The translations under genes were made by a program, and so were the position numbers. 50,324 bases of DNA. Source: an uncultured virus (IMG/VR IMGVR_UViG_2839031043_000001). Taxonomy: Duplodnaviria; Heunggongvirae; Uroviricota; Caudoviricetes. The stretch's first letter is position 1; each line of letters starts with the position of its first letter. The stretch is taken from IMG/VR virus record IMGVR_UViG_2839031043_000001; one strand, written 5' to 3'. Under the pieces are notes generated by a model that saw only the letters and a program-made list of their open reading frames with translations, did no database searches and had not been told where the DNA came from. Of this stretch, positions 1-10,976 are shown in pieces.

Positions 1-593
1 CTGAGTATTGGAGTGAGATTGATAAACTTCTTGGAACAGGATACACACTGGTGTTCATTTCTCATGTAGAAGAAACAAAAGAAGGCAAACACATTCCAAA
101 AGGTGATAAGCGCTCAATTAAACCAATCATCGACAACTCTGACGTAGTTGCTTACCTACAAAGCAATGGTGTAGATGAAGAAGGAAAAGTCATCAAATCA
201 TCTGCATGGTTTGCTGAGACAGACAAATGGTTTGCTCGCTCTAGATTTGACTATATCGATACATATCTTGAGGAGTTTACAGCAGAAAATCTTGAAAAAG
301 TCCTTGCTGATGCCATTGAAAAACAAGAGAAAGCTGAAGGAGTGAAAGCTGTTTCATTTGCTGAACAGAAGGAAAGTTACACATCCGAAGAGTTGAGCTA
401 TGAGGAACTCATGGAAGAGATTAAGGATATTGGAATCAAGTTAAATGAAGCAGACAGACTTGAAGAGTTACAAGATATTGTTGAGAAACACCTTGGTGTT
501 GGTAAGAAGGTGACTGAATGCAAAAAATCACAAGTCCAAGTTATGTCTATTATCCTTGATGATCTTAAAGAATTGCTAACAGCAACTGAATAA
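1..593 (+). CDS. Phage NTP-binding/AAA protein (YorG/Sak4-like), 5' truncated by window edge
   Basis: C-terminal part with FISH..EE and FARSRF motifs; syntenic position before YorH/YorI-like genes. Confidence 0.65.
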   Translation, partial: EYWSEIDKLLGTGYTLVFISHVEETKEGKHIPKGDKRSIKPIIDNSDVVAYLQSNGVDEEGKVIKSSAWFAETDKWFARSRFDYIDTYLEEFTAENLEKVLADAIEKQEKAEGVKAVSFAEQKESYTSEELSYEELMEEIKDIGIKLNEADRLEELQDIVEKHLGVGKKVTECKKSQVQVMSIILDDLKELLTATE

Positions 594-603
594 AAAAGTA
601 AAT

Positions 604-636
604 AGGGGGATAGGTGTTCTATCCTCCTCTCTTTTC
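604..636 (+). terminator. Probable intrinsic terminator
   Basis: AGGGGGATAG-GTGTT-CTATCCTCCT hairpin followed by CTCTTTTC. Confidence 0.55.
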
Positions 637-651
637 AAATGGGGTGGTAGT

Positions 652-1128
652 ATCGCAAGGAAAGTTAAATGTCCTGTTTGTACAGAGTTTTTGGAAAAAA
701 ATGATGCTGTCCAACATGGAAGACAATATTTCCATTCTGGCTGCTTGGAGGAACGAATTAGGGCAGTAGATGATAGAAAAGAACTTATTCAATACATATG
801 CGAACTTTATAATATGGATTCACCCACTGGAATGATACTTAAACAAATCAAAGATTATCAAGAGCAGTTTAATTTTAAGCTCCGTGGAATATTACTGTCT
901 TTGAAGTATTTTCATGAAACACTAGGGAATGTCCCAAGAGAAGGGGATGGGATTGGGATTGTACCTTTCATGTACGAGGAAGCAAAGAAGCATTATTTAA
1001 TGAAGCTTAAAGTTGAAGATAGTATTGATTTTTTAGAACAACAACAGCAAGTAAGGGTTGTGGAAATAATCTCACCACAATTTAACTACAAGAAAAACTT
1101 GAAACCAATTGATATCAGTTCGTTATAG
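652..1128 (+). CDS. YorH-like Zn-finger protein (putative helicase loader); probable ATC start
   Basis: Frame open from ATC at 652 behind GGGGTGG, adding ARKVKCPVC; FHSGC and GDGIGIVP motifs; precedes helicase. Confidence 0.65.
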   Translation: MARKVKCPVCTEFLEKNDAVQHGRQYFHSGCLEERIRAVDDRKELIQYICELYNMDSPTGMILKQIKDYQEQFNFKLRGILLSLKYFHETLGNVPREGDGIGIVPFMYEEAKKHYLMKLKVEDSIDFLEQQQQVRVVEIISPQFNYKKNLKPIDISSL

Positions 1129-1143
1129 GTGGTGAAGATATAA

Positions 1144-2673
1144 ATGAGTTTGACGCCAAAAAGAAGTGTGTTTCAAATCTTAGGCTGCTTGATGCAAAAA
1201 CCATCCTTACTTGAGGATGAAAAATATCGCTTAACAAGGGAAGACTTTATTGAAGAAAAAGGATCTTCATTTTACGTTATCATATTTGCAGCAATTAACA
1301 ATCTTTATCAAGAAGAAATAGAAGTTATTGATTTGATGATGATTGACAGCTTTCTTTCCAACTATGATGTACAATATAAGATTTTTAATGATAATAATGG
1401 TATTGAATATCTTCAAAATGCCATTGAACAGTCAAATTTATCAAATTTTGATTATAACTATAATTACTTAAAAAAATTCAGCTTACTTAGAGCTTATAAG
1501 TCACAAGGGTTTAGTATTAAAGAGATTTATGATGAAAATGTGGTTGATCCAAAAGAACAAGAAGCAATGATGGAGAAATTTAATAAGCTATCCATTGAAG
1601 AAATTATCGAAGTGTTTGAAAAGAAGCAAATTGAAATAAGGAATATGTTCTTTACTGATAGCAACAAGGTTACTCAACATGCTGCACAAGGCGCAGCAGA
1701 ATTAATTGAGCGATTTAAACAAGCTCCGGACTATGGGGTTTCTCTAATTGGTAATTTACAAAATACTATTTTTCGTGGCGCCAAGTTAAAAACCGTTACT
1801 TTGCGGTCAGCACCTCAGAACACAGGCAAGACAAGAATCGCACTTGCTGAGGCGGCTGATTTAGCTATAGATGAGCTTTATGACCCAGAAAAAGGACGAT
1901 GGGTGACAAATAACAATCCAGAAAATGTATTATATATTAGCTCTGAGATGGAAGCGGAATTGCTACAGCCTACTATTTTAGCTTACATAAGTGCAGTTCC
2001 AGAGGAAAAAATTAAGGATGGGCTATGTTCTGATGAAGAGTATCTAAGGGTAAAGAAAGCAATTGAAGTTCTTGCAAGAAGTAACTTTTGGATTGAGTAT
2101 GTGCCTGATTTCAATACACAATTAATTGAAACAATAATTAAAACGCATATCATTGAAAATAAAGCTCAATACATATTTTTTGACTATATTCACATTAGTG
2201 TACGAATATTAGAGGAAATGGCTAACATGTCAAAAGGCATGAGTATGCGTGAGGATATGGTTCTCTTTATGTTTATGTTCCGTTTGGTTCAAATTGCGGA
2301 ACGGTACAATGTGTATATTAAAACCTCATCTCAGCTAAATGGTGAATGGAAAAATGCAAAAGATGCTGACCAGAACTTATTACGTGGGGCAAAAAGCTTG
2401 GCTGATAAGATTCAGATGGGATTAATTGCACTTGTACCAACAAAGCAAGATTTGGAGGCAATTGACCCAATTTTAAGGAATGGTTTTTACCCTGAGCCAA
2501 ATATTGTTTATCACATTTACAAAAATCGAATGACTAAATATAAAAATATCAAATTATGGTTGTATATTGATTATGACACAATGAGAGTTCATGAGCTTTT
2601 TGCTACAACCAACGATTATCAATTAATTAACATCCAACCAACAGAATTAAAAACAAAGAAATTTGATTTCTAG
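1144..2673 (+). CDS. DnaB-family replicative helicase (YorI-like)
   Basis: Walker A SAPQNTGKTR, YIFFDYIH Walker B, SSQLN and LRGAKSLADK motifs. Confidence 0.9.
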   Translation: MSLTPKRSVFQILGCLMQKPSLLEDEKYRLTREDFIEEKGSSFYVIIFAAINNLYQEEIEVIDLMMIDSFLSNYDVQYKIFNDNNGIEYLQNAIEQSNLSNFDYNYNYLKKFSLLRAYKSQGFSIKEIYDENVVDPKEQEAMMEKFNKLSIEEIIEVFEKKQIEIRNMFFTDSNKVTQHAAQGAAELIERFKQAPDYGVSLIGNLQNTIFRGAKLKTVTLRSAPQNTGKTRIALAEAADLAIDELYDPEKGRWVTNNNPENVLYISSEMEAELLQPTILAYISAVPEEKIKDGLCSDEEYLRVKKAIEVLARSNFWIEYVPDFNTQLIETIIKTHIIENKAQYIFFDYIHISVRILEEMANMSKGMSMREDMVLFMFMFRLVQIAERYNVYIKTSSQLNGEWKNAKDADQNLLRGAKSLADKIQMGLIALVPTKQDLEAIDPILRNGFYPEPNIVYHIYKNRMTKYKNIKLWLYIDYDTMRVHELFATTNDYQLINIQPTELKTKKFDF

Positions 2674-2685
2674 GGGGAATCCCCA

Positions 2686-3774
2686 CTGCGACTAGATAAA
2701 GACAAAATTAAAGATTCGTTAGATAAAAAAGACATAGAGCTTATCCTCACAGATATGGGAAGCAATAGACCAAAACAAGGTAACAATGGAATACAAATGT
2801 TTCAAACTATTTGCCACTGTGGAAACAAACATAAACTCTACTATTATCCTGAAACTAAGATATTTCACTGCTACACAGATTGCCAAGAAAGTTTCGATAT
2901 CTATGAGCTGTCTATGAGAGTCAAGAAAATCTCTTTCTATGAAGCAGTAAGCTATGTATCAACACTGACGGGAAAAGTTTACACGTCCCTGTCAGTGTTT
3001 GATAAAACAATGCAGCTTATTGATGATTGGGATTGGATTGGTAAGCTCAAGAAGGAAAAGAAACCTAGCATTTCATTGCCCTCAATAGACCCGTTTATAA
3101 TGGATGTGTTTGTAAAAAAACCTCATGAGAAATGGCTTAATGAGGGTATATCAAGGGAGACAATGGATCTATATCAAATTGGCTATTACAATCGTTTGGA
3201 TTGCATAACTATTCCTCATTTCAATATCAATAATCAATTAGTTGGTATTAGAGGTAGAATGCTATTAGAAGATGATATCAACGATGGACGTAAGTATTTT
3301 CCCATAAGCGTTGAAGGACGAATGTTATCTCATCCAACGATGTATAATTTGTATGGTTTAAATATAACAAAAAATAATATCAAGCGATTAAAGAAAGTAG
3401 TTTTGTTTGAGGATGAGAAATCATGCATGAAGTGTCAAGACTACTATGGCGCAAATAACTTTTCAGTGGCGACTGGTGGGTCTGCTTTAAGTGATTATCA
3501 AGTGAACTTGCTACTTTCCTTGGATATAGAAGAGGTATTTATTGCAAGGGATAAAGAATTTGAAAACCACGAAAGTGTTGAAGCCTATGAGTACGCTGAA
3601 AGATTATTAAAGCAGGCACACAAGTTCACTCCTTATATAAGAACGTATATTCTTTGGGATGAGTGGAATCTTCTTGAATTGAAAGATAGCCCAGCAGACA
3701 AAGGAAAGAAAGTTTTAGAGGAGTTGATGAGGCGAAAATTTGAGATTAAAACAAAAGAAGGAATGATAATTTGA
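2686..3774 (+). CDS. DNA primase (YorJ-like); probable CTG start
   Basis: CHC-type Zn motif (TICHC..FHCYTDC), IPH..VGIRGR, TOPRIM FEDEKS..IARDKE; frame open from CTG 2686 behind GGGGG. Confidence 0.85.
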   Translation: MRLDKDKIKDSLDKKDIELILTDMGSNRPKQGNNGIQMFQTICHCGNKHKLYYYPETKIFHCYTDCQESFDIYELSMRVKKISFYEAVSYVSTLTGKVYTSLSVFDKTMQLIDDWDWIGKLKKEKKPSISLPSIDPFIMDVFVKKPHEKWLNEGISRETMDLYQIGYYNRLDCITIPHFNINNQLVGIRGRMLLEDDINDGRKYFPISVEGRMLSHPTMYNLYGLNITKNNIKRLKKVVLFEDEKSCMKCQDYYGANNFSVATGGSALSDYQVNLLLSLDIEEVFIARDKEFENHESVEAYEYAERLLKQAHKFTPYIRTYILWDEWNLLELKDSPADKGKKVLEELMRRKFEIKTKEGMII

Positions 3775-5474
3775 GATATAAAATAATGGGAAGTAATGAT
3801 TATGTAATTGATCCGATTGGGGAGGTATTGAGGAATCGTGAAGTTTATAATGTAATTAAGTTTCTAAATATTGATGAATCAGTAGTGAATAGTTGGAAAC
3901 TACTAAAAAACATTGATAATGCAGTGAAGTGTTTATTACATCATTTAGAAAACGATAGTGTTATCTTTTTTCAAGTTGACTCAGACTGTGATGGTATGGT
4001 TAGTACAGCTTTGCAGATTAATTATATCTGGCGAATCTATCCTGAAGCAAAGATTATCTGGAGACTACATAAAGGTAAGGAGCATGGGGTTATATTAAAT
4101 GAGATACCCGATGACACTAAATTGGTTATTATTCCCGATGCAGGGTCAAATCAATATGAAGAGCATCAAATATTGAGGGACAAGGGAATCGATGTAATTG
4201 TTTTAGATCATCATCAATGTGAATATGAGTCCGAAAACGCTATTGTGGTCAACAATCAATTGTCTCCAGAATTCCCTAATAAGAATTTTTCAGGTGTTGG
4301 TATTGTCTATAAGTTTTGTCAAGCACTTGATCACTATCTGAATGTAAATTATGCAGATGAGTTCCTTGATCTGGTCGCAGTAGGTAATATTGCGGACAAC
4401 ATGGATATGCGTGAATTGGAAACAAGGCACTATGTAATAAATGGTCTTAAACAAATCAAAAATCCATTCTTAAAAGCACTAATTGAGAAACAGTCATACT
4501 CAATGAAGGGAATAGTTAATATCACGAATATCAGCTTTTATATTTCCCCCCTCATTAATGCTGTAGTACGTACTGGAACAATGGAAGAAAAATCAATGGT
4601 CTTCAAGTGCTTAATCGAATCAACTGAGCAAGTGTATTACAAGAAAAAGGATATTTGGGAATCTATACATACAAACACAGCACGTCAAACAGCCAATGTG
4701 AGAGTAAGGCAAAATAAACTACGTGATAAAGGTGTTGAGCTGATTAATGAAAGAATACTTGAAAAAGAGCTAAACCTAAACAAAATTCTAATAGTTAATG
4801 TGACTGGTTTATTAGAGAAATCCCTCAGTGGACTTGTCGCTAATAAGTTGGTTGATAAATACAAGAAGCCAGTAATCCTCTTGCGACAATATGATGAGGA
4901 TGAAGAGTTGTTTGGTGGATCAGCACGAGGATATGAAAAGAGTGAGGTTAAGAACTTCAGGCAGTTCCTGCTAGAGACAGGTATGTTCAATTTCTGTGAA
5001 GGGCATGACAATGCATTTGGCTATGAGATACATAAGAATAAGATTGTAGAGGCAAATGAATACATAAATAATATCCTTAAAGATGTCGAGATGGGAAGCG
5101 ATGTTTATGAAGTAGACTTTGTCATTCCAGCATCAAAATTAAGTAAAAGCCTTCTAAATCAACTGAATAAAATGCGTGATTTATGGGGTTTTAAAGTACA
5201 GGAGCCACTTTTGGTAATTGAAGATATCCCACTTACGCAAAAGGATATTAAGTATCCTGATAAAGAAAAAGGTACTGTTTTAATCAAATATAAGGACATA
5301 GAATTCATAAAGTACCAAGCAGATAGTAGCATTATGGAAAAATTACGTGAACATAAGTTATTAAAGCTTACAGTAGTGGGCAGAGCGAATGAAAATGTGT
5401 GGAAAGATAAGGTGACACCTCAGCTAATTATTGATGATTTTGATGTAGTGAAAAATAGAGTGCCTGTGTTTTAG
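3771..5474 (+). CDS. recJ: RecJ-like DHH single-stranded DNA exonuclease (YorK-like)
   Basis: DSDCDG, PDAG, VLDHH, GSARG and GHDNAFG motifs. Confidence 0.92.
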   Translation: MRYKIMGSNDYVIDPIGEVLRNREVYNVIKFLNIDESVVNSWKLLKNIDNAVKCLLHHLENDSVIFFQVDSDCDGMVSTALQINYIWRIYPEAKIIWRLHKGKEHGVILNEIPDDTKLVIIPDAGSNQYEEHQILRDKGIDVIVLDHHQCEYESENAIVVNNQLSPEFPNKNFSGVGIVYKFCQALDHYLNVNYADEFLDLVAVGNIADNMDMRELETRHYVINGLKQIKNPFLKALIEKQSYSMKGIVNITNISFYISPLINAVVRTGTMEEKSMVFKCLIESTEQVYYKKKDIWESIHTNTARQTANVRVRQNKLRDKGVELINERILEKELNLNKILIVNVTGLLEKSLSGLVANKLVDKYKKPVILLRQYDEDEELFGGSARGYEKSEVKNFRQFLLETGMFNFCEGHDNAFGYEIHKNKIVEANEYINNILKDVEMGSDVYEVDFVIPASKLSKSLLNQLNKMRDLWGFKVQEPLLVIEDIPLTQKDIKYPDKEKGTVLIKYKDIEFIKYQADSSIMEKLREHKLLKLTVVGRANENVWKDKVTPQLIIDDFDVVKNRVPVF

Positions 5475-5490
5475 TTTTGTAATTAAAAAT

Positions 5491-8400
5491 ATGAAAGCGG
5501 ATGTGATTATGTTGTGTTTTGTGCCATTGCATAACCATAGTGATTACTCTAACATTCGGCTGCTTGATTGTGTTAATTCAGTAGAAGAATTGATTAAAAC
5601 AGCCGGAGAGTTAGGCTTTAAAGGTGTGGCATTATCAGATCATGAATCGGTATCAGGACATGTCCAAGCAATTAAAAAGACAAGGGAACTGAAAGAGAAA
5701 GGGGTGCTCTCAAATGATTTTAAGTTAATCTTAGCTAATGAGATCTACTTAGTTGATGATATCAACGAAACGAGGGACAATTACAAATCAGGTGTTACAA
5801 AGTTCCCTCATTTCTTGATTGTTTCAAAAAACAAAAAAGGTCATGATCAAATGCGTTACTTGAGCAGTCTTGCTTGGAGTAACTCTTTTTATACTGGTAC
5901 AATGGAACGTGTTCCAACAGATAAAAAGGATCTTGAACGTGTAATTACAGAAAAACCAAATAACTTAATTGCTTCAACTGCATGTCTTGGATCAGAATCA
6001 AGCATTCATCTGTTGGCAATAAGAGAAGCCGAACTGTCAAATGACGAGCAAAAAGCATCTCTTCATAGATGCAAATTAAATGAATTCATTACTTGGTGCA
6101 TGGAGCTATTTGGTGCAGCAAACTTCTTTCTAGAACTACAGCCAGCATTAAGCGAAGAGCAGATATATGTCAATAAGAAGCTTGTTCAGATGTCCAATTT
6201 TTATGGATTAAAATTAATCATCACTACGGATACTCATTATCTACGACCTGAACAACGTACAGTACATAAGGCATTTCTCAATGCAAAAGAAGGCGATAGA
6301 GAAGTCGATTCGTTTTATGCAGATACATACCTTCACACAGTAGATGAAATTTATGAAAAGATGAATTACATTCCTAAAGAAGTGATCATGACAGCAATTG
6401 AGAACACTTTGCTAATTAGTGAAATGGTAGAAGAATATACTATTGAACATGAAACTGTGATACCCAAAATTGACTTGCCGCAATTTGAATTGCGCCATCT
6501 ATTTAAACCAGCTTATGAACAGTATGAATACATAGGAAAAATGGCTACTTCTAAGAGTGATCAAGATCTATATCTTATGAAAGTACTTGAAGATGGATTT
6601 GATGCTTACATTCCAAGAAATGCACTTTCAAAGGAAAAGTTTCATCAAATACTTGCCCGTATAGATATTGAACTTGGTGAGTTATGGGAACTAAGTCAAC
6701 ATTTGAAGCAAGCTATGAGTAGTTACTATATTACAGTAAGAGAAATCATCAATATCATTTGGGATGATGATTGTGGTAACAGCCTTGTGGGTTCAGGACG
6801 AGGAAGCAGCTCAGGCTTCTTGATTTGTTTCTTATTAGGTATTACACAAATTAATCCGTTAGAGTATGGAATTGAAATGCCACATTGGAGGCATTTACAC
6901 AGAAGTCGTCCAGACATTGGAGCACTTGATATTGACATTGATACGGAAGGTGCTAAAAGACCAAGAATTATTCAGGCACTCAAGAAGGCGTTTGGGGATT
7001 TACGAGTTTTGCAGGTTTGCACTTTTGGAACAGAAGGCTCTAAAAGTGCAATTCTTACAGCATGTCGCGGATTAGGAATAGATAATGATACAGCCATGCA
7101 TATTGCCTCTCTAATTCCGTTTGAGCGTGGACAGAACTGGAGCCTATCAGACTGCTTATATGGTAATGAGGAAAAGGGAAGAAAGCCAGTAAGAGAATTC
7201 ATTAATGAGATTGAGAAATATCCCAATTTGAAAGAAACGGCATTGAGTATTGAAGGTAAAATTAACAAGCGAAGTATTCATGCGGGAGGTGTGATATTAT
7301 TTAATGAACCATACTACAATTCGAATGCTTTGATGAAAGCACCAAATGGACTTCCAATTACCCAGTTTAATCTTGATGATTCGCAAGCTGTTGGCAACAT
7401 TAAGTTCGACTTATTAACAATTGAAGCACTTGATAAAATTAGAACATGCTTAGATTTACTACTTAAGTTTGGTGAGATAGAGTGGCAAGGAACAATCCGA
7501 AAAACATTTGAAAAGTACCTGCATCCAAACATTATTGAAAAAGTGAATCCGAGAATTTATGAAATGTTGGGAGAAGGAACGGTCATGGATTTGTTCCAAT
7601 TCTCAACAGACGTGGGCTATCAAGCAGCTATTAAAGTAAAGCCAAACAACTTGCTGGAAATGGCTTCGGCAAACTCTCTTATGCGCCTTATGGCAAGTGA
7701 TGGAGAGGAGCAGCCAATTGATGTATTCATTAAGTTCAAAAACAATATGCAATTATGGTATGAAGAAATGAAGCACCATGGACTTAATGAAGATGAAGTA
7801 ATAGTTATGGAAGAACATCTGCTGAAACTAAATGGAGTGGCAGACACACAGGAGTCAGTGATGTTACTTTCAATGGACAACAGGGTTGCTGGATTTGACG
7901 TAAAATTAGCGAATAAACTACGTAAGGCAATTGCTAAAAAAAGTAAAAAGGACATGGAAGAAGCACACCAAGAATTTTTCAAACGTGGAAAAGAACTGGG
8001 CAATCGAGAGACAATTTTAAAATATGTATGGGATGTTCAGATTAAACGACAATTGGGCTACAGCTTTAGTATTCTTCACACATTAGCTTATTCAGTAATA
8101 GCACTTCAAGAGTTAAATTTGAACTATCACTTTAATCCTTTGTATTGGAACACAGCAGTCCTCACGGTAAACAGTGGGGGGCTAGACATTGAATCTGATC
8201 CAGATGATGAGGAAGAAGATAAAAAGACTCGATCAACAGATTATGGTAAGGTAGCTTCAGCTATTAGTTCAGTAATGAAAAATGGTATCATGGTCGCCTT
8301 ACCTGACATTAACAATGCTGATTTCGGCTTCAAGCCCGACATTGAAAAAAACGAGATCATCTTTGGGCTTAAGGGTATTAATGGTATAGGTGATGATGTA

Positions 8401-9465
8401 GTACAAACCATAATTGCAAATCGACCTTATAAATCATTTGATGACTTCATTCAGCGAATGTATGTTAATGGAGATGTAAAGAAGGGTCAAGTTATACAAT
8501 TAATTAAGGCTGGTTGCTTTGATTCGTTTGGCAATCGCACAGACATTATGAGGGATTTCATTAATGTGATATTTGAGCGCAAAGAGAAGTTAACAATGCA
8601 AAATTTCAACTCCCTTATTGAAAATGATGTAATTCCAGATCAATATGGATTACTCGTTCGAATTTACAAGTTTAAAAAATACATTTCAAAACGTGTTTAT
8701 AAAACACTTAATAAGCCAAAAGATAAATTGTTCGAATTAGATGATATCGCAGCACAGTTCTTTAGTTCACACTTCACAGATACATCTGTAGTGGATTGTA
8801 TAAATGGCAAAATTATCGTGTCTGAAGCAAAATTTAAAAAGGAATATGATAAAGCAATGGAGGCAATTAAGCCTTGGTTAAACAGTAAGGAGGCTCTGGA
8901 AGCACTTAACGACAAATTGTATCAAGATGAATGGTTAAAATATGCAGAGGGTTCAGTCAGTAAATGGGAAATGTCATCCCTGAGTTTTTATTATGGAGAT
9001 CATGAATTAGCAGGGGTAAATTATCAAAAATATGGGATTGTTGACTTTAATGAATTGCCAGAAGAACCTGTAGTAGCTGNNNNNNNNNNCTACTATAAAT
9101 CCAGAGGTCAAGAAAAACCAAAATACGAAATCGTTCGAATCGCAGGTACAGTATTGGATAAAGACAAGAATAAACATACGGTATCTTTACTGACCACAAG
9201 TGGAGTTGTAACAGTAAAGTTTTATGATGGTGCATTTGCTCATTATAATAAACAAGTGTCCTCGATTAATAATGAGGGCAAAAAAGAGATTGTAGAGAAA
9301 AGTTGGTTCACACGAGGAAATAAACTGCTGCTGTGTGGATACAGAAGAGGCTCACAATTCCGTCCATATAAGTACATAGATAGCATTTATAGTCACACAG
9401 TTGCAATGATTGATCAGGTTAGTAAAAATGGAGACCTTGTTTTAATATCAGAAAGAATAAAATAA
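5491..9465 (+). CDS. dnaE: DNA polymerase III alpha subunit (YorL-like)
   Basis: PHP domain (LHNHSDYS, SDHE, DTHY), GSGRGSS, DIDID, KFDLL, GYSFS..H, C-terminal OB fold. Confidence 0.96.
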   Translation: MKADVIMLCFVPLHNHSDYSNIRLLDCVNSVEELIKTAGELGFKGVALSDHESVSGHVQAIKKTRELKEKGVLSNDFKLILANEIYLVDDINETRDNYKSGVTKFPHFLIVSKNKKGHDQMRYLSSLAWSNSFYTGTMERVPTDKKDLERVITEKPNNLIASTACLGSESSIHLLAIREAELSNDEQKASLHRCKLNEFITWCMELFGAANFFLELQPALSEEQIYVNKKLVQMSNFYGLKLIITTDTHYLRPEQRTVHKAFLNAKEGDREVDSFYADTYLHTVDEIYEKMNYIPKEVIMTAIENTLLISEMVEEYTIEHETVIPKIDLPQFELRHLFKPAYEQYEYIGKMATSKSDQDLYLMKVLEDGFDAYIPRNALSKEKFHQILARIDIELGELWELSQHLKQAMSSYYITVREIINIIWDDDCGNSLVGSGRGSSSGFLICFLLGITQINPLEYGIEMPHWRHLHRSRPDIGALDIDIDTEGAKRPRIIQALKKAFGDLRVLQVCTFGTEGSKSAILTACRGLGIDNDTAMHIASLIPFERGQNWSLSDCLYGNEEKGRKPVREFINEIEKYPNLKETALSIEGKINKRSIHAGGVILFNEPYYNSNALMKAPNGLPITQFNLDDSQAVGNIKFDLLTIEALDKIRTCLDLLLKFGEIEWQGTIRKTFEKYLHPNIIEKVNPRIYEMLGEGTVMDLFQFSTDVGYQAAIKVKPNNLLEMASANSLMRLMASDGEEQPIDVFIKFKNNMQLWYEEMKHHGLNEDEVIVMEEHLLKLNGVADTQESVMLLSMDNRVAGFDVKLANKLRKAIAKKSKKDMEEAHQEFFKRGKELGNRETILKYVWDVQIKRQLGYSFSILHTLAYSVIALQELNLNYHFNPLYWNTAVLTVNSGGLDIESDPDDEEEDKKTRSTDYGKVASAISSVMKNGIMVALPDINNADFGFKPDIEKNEIIFGLKGINGIGDDVVQTIIANRPYKSFDDFIQRMYVNGDVKKGQVIQLIKAGCFDSFGNRTDIMRDFINVIFERKEKLTMQNFNSLIENDVIPDQYGLLVRIYKFKKYISKRVYKTLNKPKDKLFELDDIAAQFFSSHFTDTSVVDCINGKIIVSEAKFKKEYDKAMEAIKPWLNSKEALEALNDKLYQDEWLKYAEGSVSKWEMSSLSFYYGDHELAGVNYQKYGIVDFNELPEEPVVAXXXXYYKSRGQEKPKYEIVRIAGTVLDKDKNKHTVSLLTTSGVVTVKFYDGAFAHYNKQVSSINNEGKKEIVEKSWFTRGNKLLLCGYRRGSQFRPYKYIDSIYSHTVAMIDQVSKNGDLVLISERIK

Positions 9466-9480
9466 AGACGCAAAAACATG

Positions 9481-9510
9481 TTGTATTATATAAAAATATA
9501 TGATAAATTA
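9481..9510 (+). promoter_or_regulatory. Probable sigma-A promoter after dnaE
   Basis: TTGTAT ... TGATAAAT (extended -10-like). Confidence 0.45.
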
Positions 9511-9541
9511 AAACTAGAAAAAGTAACTGAAAGGAGAATGA

Positions 9542-9697
9542 ATGATGAAAGTAGCAACCTCAGAGTATTCACATGAATGGAAAGCCCATACATATTACAC
9601 AAACACAAAGAAGAGAGATCAGCAGCCAGATTTTAAAGATACACTACTTGCGGCAATGCAGAATATCTCAAAAAATCATCGGTTGATGACTCGATAA
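9542..9697 (+). CDS. Small hypothetical protein (51 aa, not in ORF track)
   Basis: AAGGAG RBS; MMKVATSEYSHEWK... Confidence 0.5.
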   Translation: MMKVATSEYSHEWKAHTYYTNTKKRDQQPDFKDTLLAAMQNISKNHRLMTR

Positions 9698-9745
9698 ANN
9701 NNNNNNNNAAGGTATTTCATTCAGAACATTAGGAGTGATGAAATT

Positions 9746-10411
9746 TTGAGTTGCGGAGTGATTATCCAAGGGCACGATATTTTCTATATTGGAGCTGACT
9801 CTGCTTTAAGCGTGGCAATGCATGACGGTATTTATCGTATTTCTGATTATAACTCTGAGAAAATTTTCTTATTACCGAATAAGGTGATATTTATGAGTGG
9901 AAGGAGTCATGTTACTAATGACACAATTTCAGAGTTTAAATTACAAATTGATCAATCTCTTGATAATTTGATTAGTATATTTAAGAAGTATCATAATTCG
10001 CAAAAGAGTTGCTTTGCTGATTCATCATTAACTATTTGTACATTTGAAAATGGAATAGCAGTCAGCAATATAATTGAATCTAATAGTGATTTCAAAATAA
10101 GAGAAACAATCGTACAGCCCAATAATTTTAAATCAGTCGTTTGTGGATCAAAAAATGAAGAAGCGTCTAAAGCAATAAACCGCTACATTAATCAAGGCTT
10201 ACTTCTAGATCATGCTTTCATCAATACCTTCAACGATGTTGCAAGTGCCGAGATTGGTGGAACGTTAAGTGTATATAAATTTACAGTACAGGAAACAAGA
10301 CTATATCTAAAAACGAAAATTACTGACCCAAAAGACTTAAAGAAAGTTACAGTAAAAGAAGCTGCAATGAGAAATCCAAGTCTCATAAGATGGGAGAGTG
10401 TATTTAAATAG
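9746..10411 (+). CDS. Hypothetical protein, possible Ntn-hydrolase/proteasome-beta-like fold
   Basis: N-terminal MSC followed by IGADS, EKIF..IFMSG and late IGG..VY pattern. Confidence 0.4.
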   Translation: MSCGVIIQGHDIFYIGADSALSVAMHDGIYRISDYNSEKIFLLPNKVIFMSGRSHVTNDTISEFKLQIDQSLDNLISIFKKYHNSQKSCFADSSLTICTFENGIAVSNIIESNSDFKIRETIVQPNNFKSVVCGSKNEEASKAINRYINQGLLLDHAFINTFNDVASAEIGGTLSVYKFTVQETRLYLKTKITDPKDLKKVTVKEAAMRNPSLIRWESVFK

Positions 10412-10536
10412 AAATATATGAAAATGTTTAGTTCTATATTTAAACATAAAAACAACTTGAGTAGAGGGACAAATTGTGATTTGAAAATTCATTTTGTATC
10501 AAATGGATATTTCATTAGGTAAAGGAGAGAGCAAAT

Positions 10537-10923
10537 ATGCGTGTGATTGAGTTTCGCGGAAAGCCCATAGAAGAATATGAGGAAATTCTATGGGTATACG
10601 GCAGCGCAATTTTAAACTATGAGGATAAATTGGCTTACATTGAGGCTTCAGGTATGGGGTGCGTTCCAGTGCATTGGGAAACGGTAGGTCAATTCATTGG
10701 ACAGCCAGATAAGAATGATAAGCAGATATTTGAAGGAGATGCAGTGAAACACAAATTCCAACTTGGTGATGGATATGGGATTGTTTACTATTCTATGCCT
10801 GCTTATGGACTGAAGGTAAAAAACGGTGTATGTACAGAATTTGAATGGTCAGATTTTAATGAATTTGAAGTTATAGGAAACGTGCACGACAACCTTGAAT
10901 ATGCTCAATTTATTTTTGACTAG
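10537..10923 (+). CDS. YopX family protein
   Basis: IEFRGK..WVYG, TVGQFIG..DKNDKQIFEGD, EVIGNVHDN. Confidence 0.9.
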   Translation: MRVIEFRGKPIEEYEEILWVYGSAILNYEDKLAYIEASGMGCVPVHWETVGQFIGQPDKNDKQIFEGDAVKHKFQLGDGYGIVYYSMPAYGLKVKNGVCTEFEWSDFNEFEVIGNVHDNLEYAQFIFD

Positions 10924-10976
10924 ATGGGATTTATTTATAAAATTTATTTAATTTGAAATGAAGGAGGTGTAGCTTA

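Noticed and set aside
5491..9465. Intein or intron in dnaE (and in nrdJ 30750-32996)
   Set aside because: Lengths and motifs are continuous; no C/S...HN splice motifs or group I core elements seen
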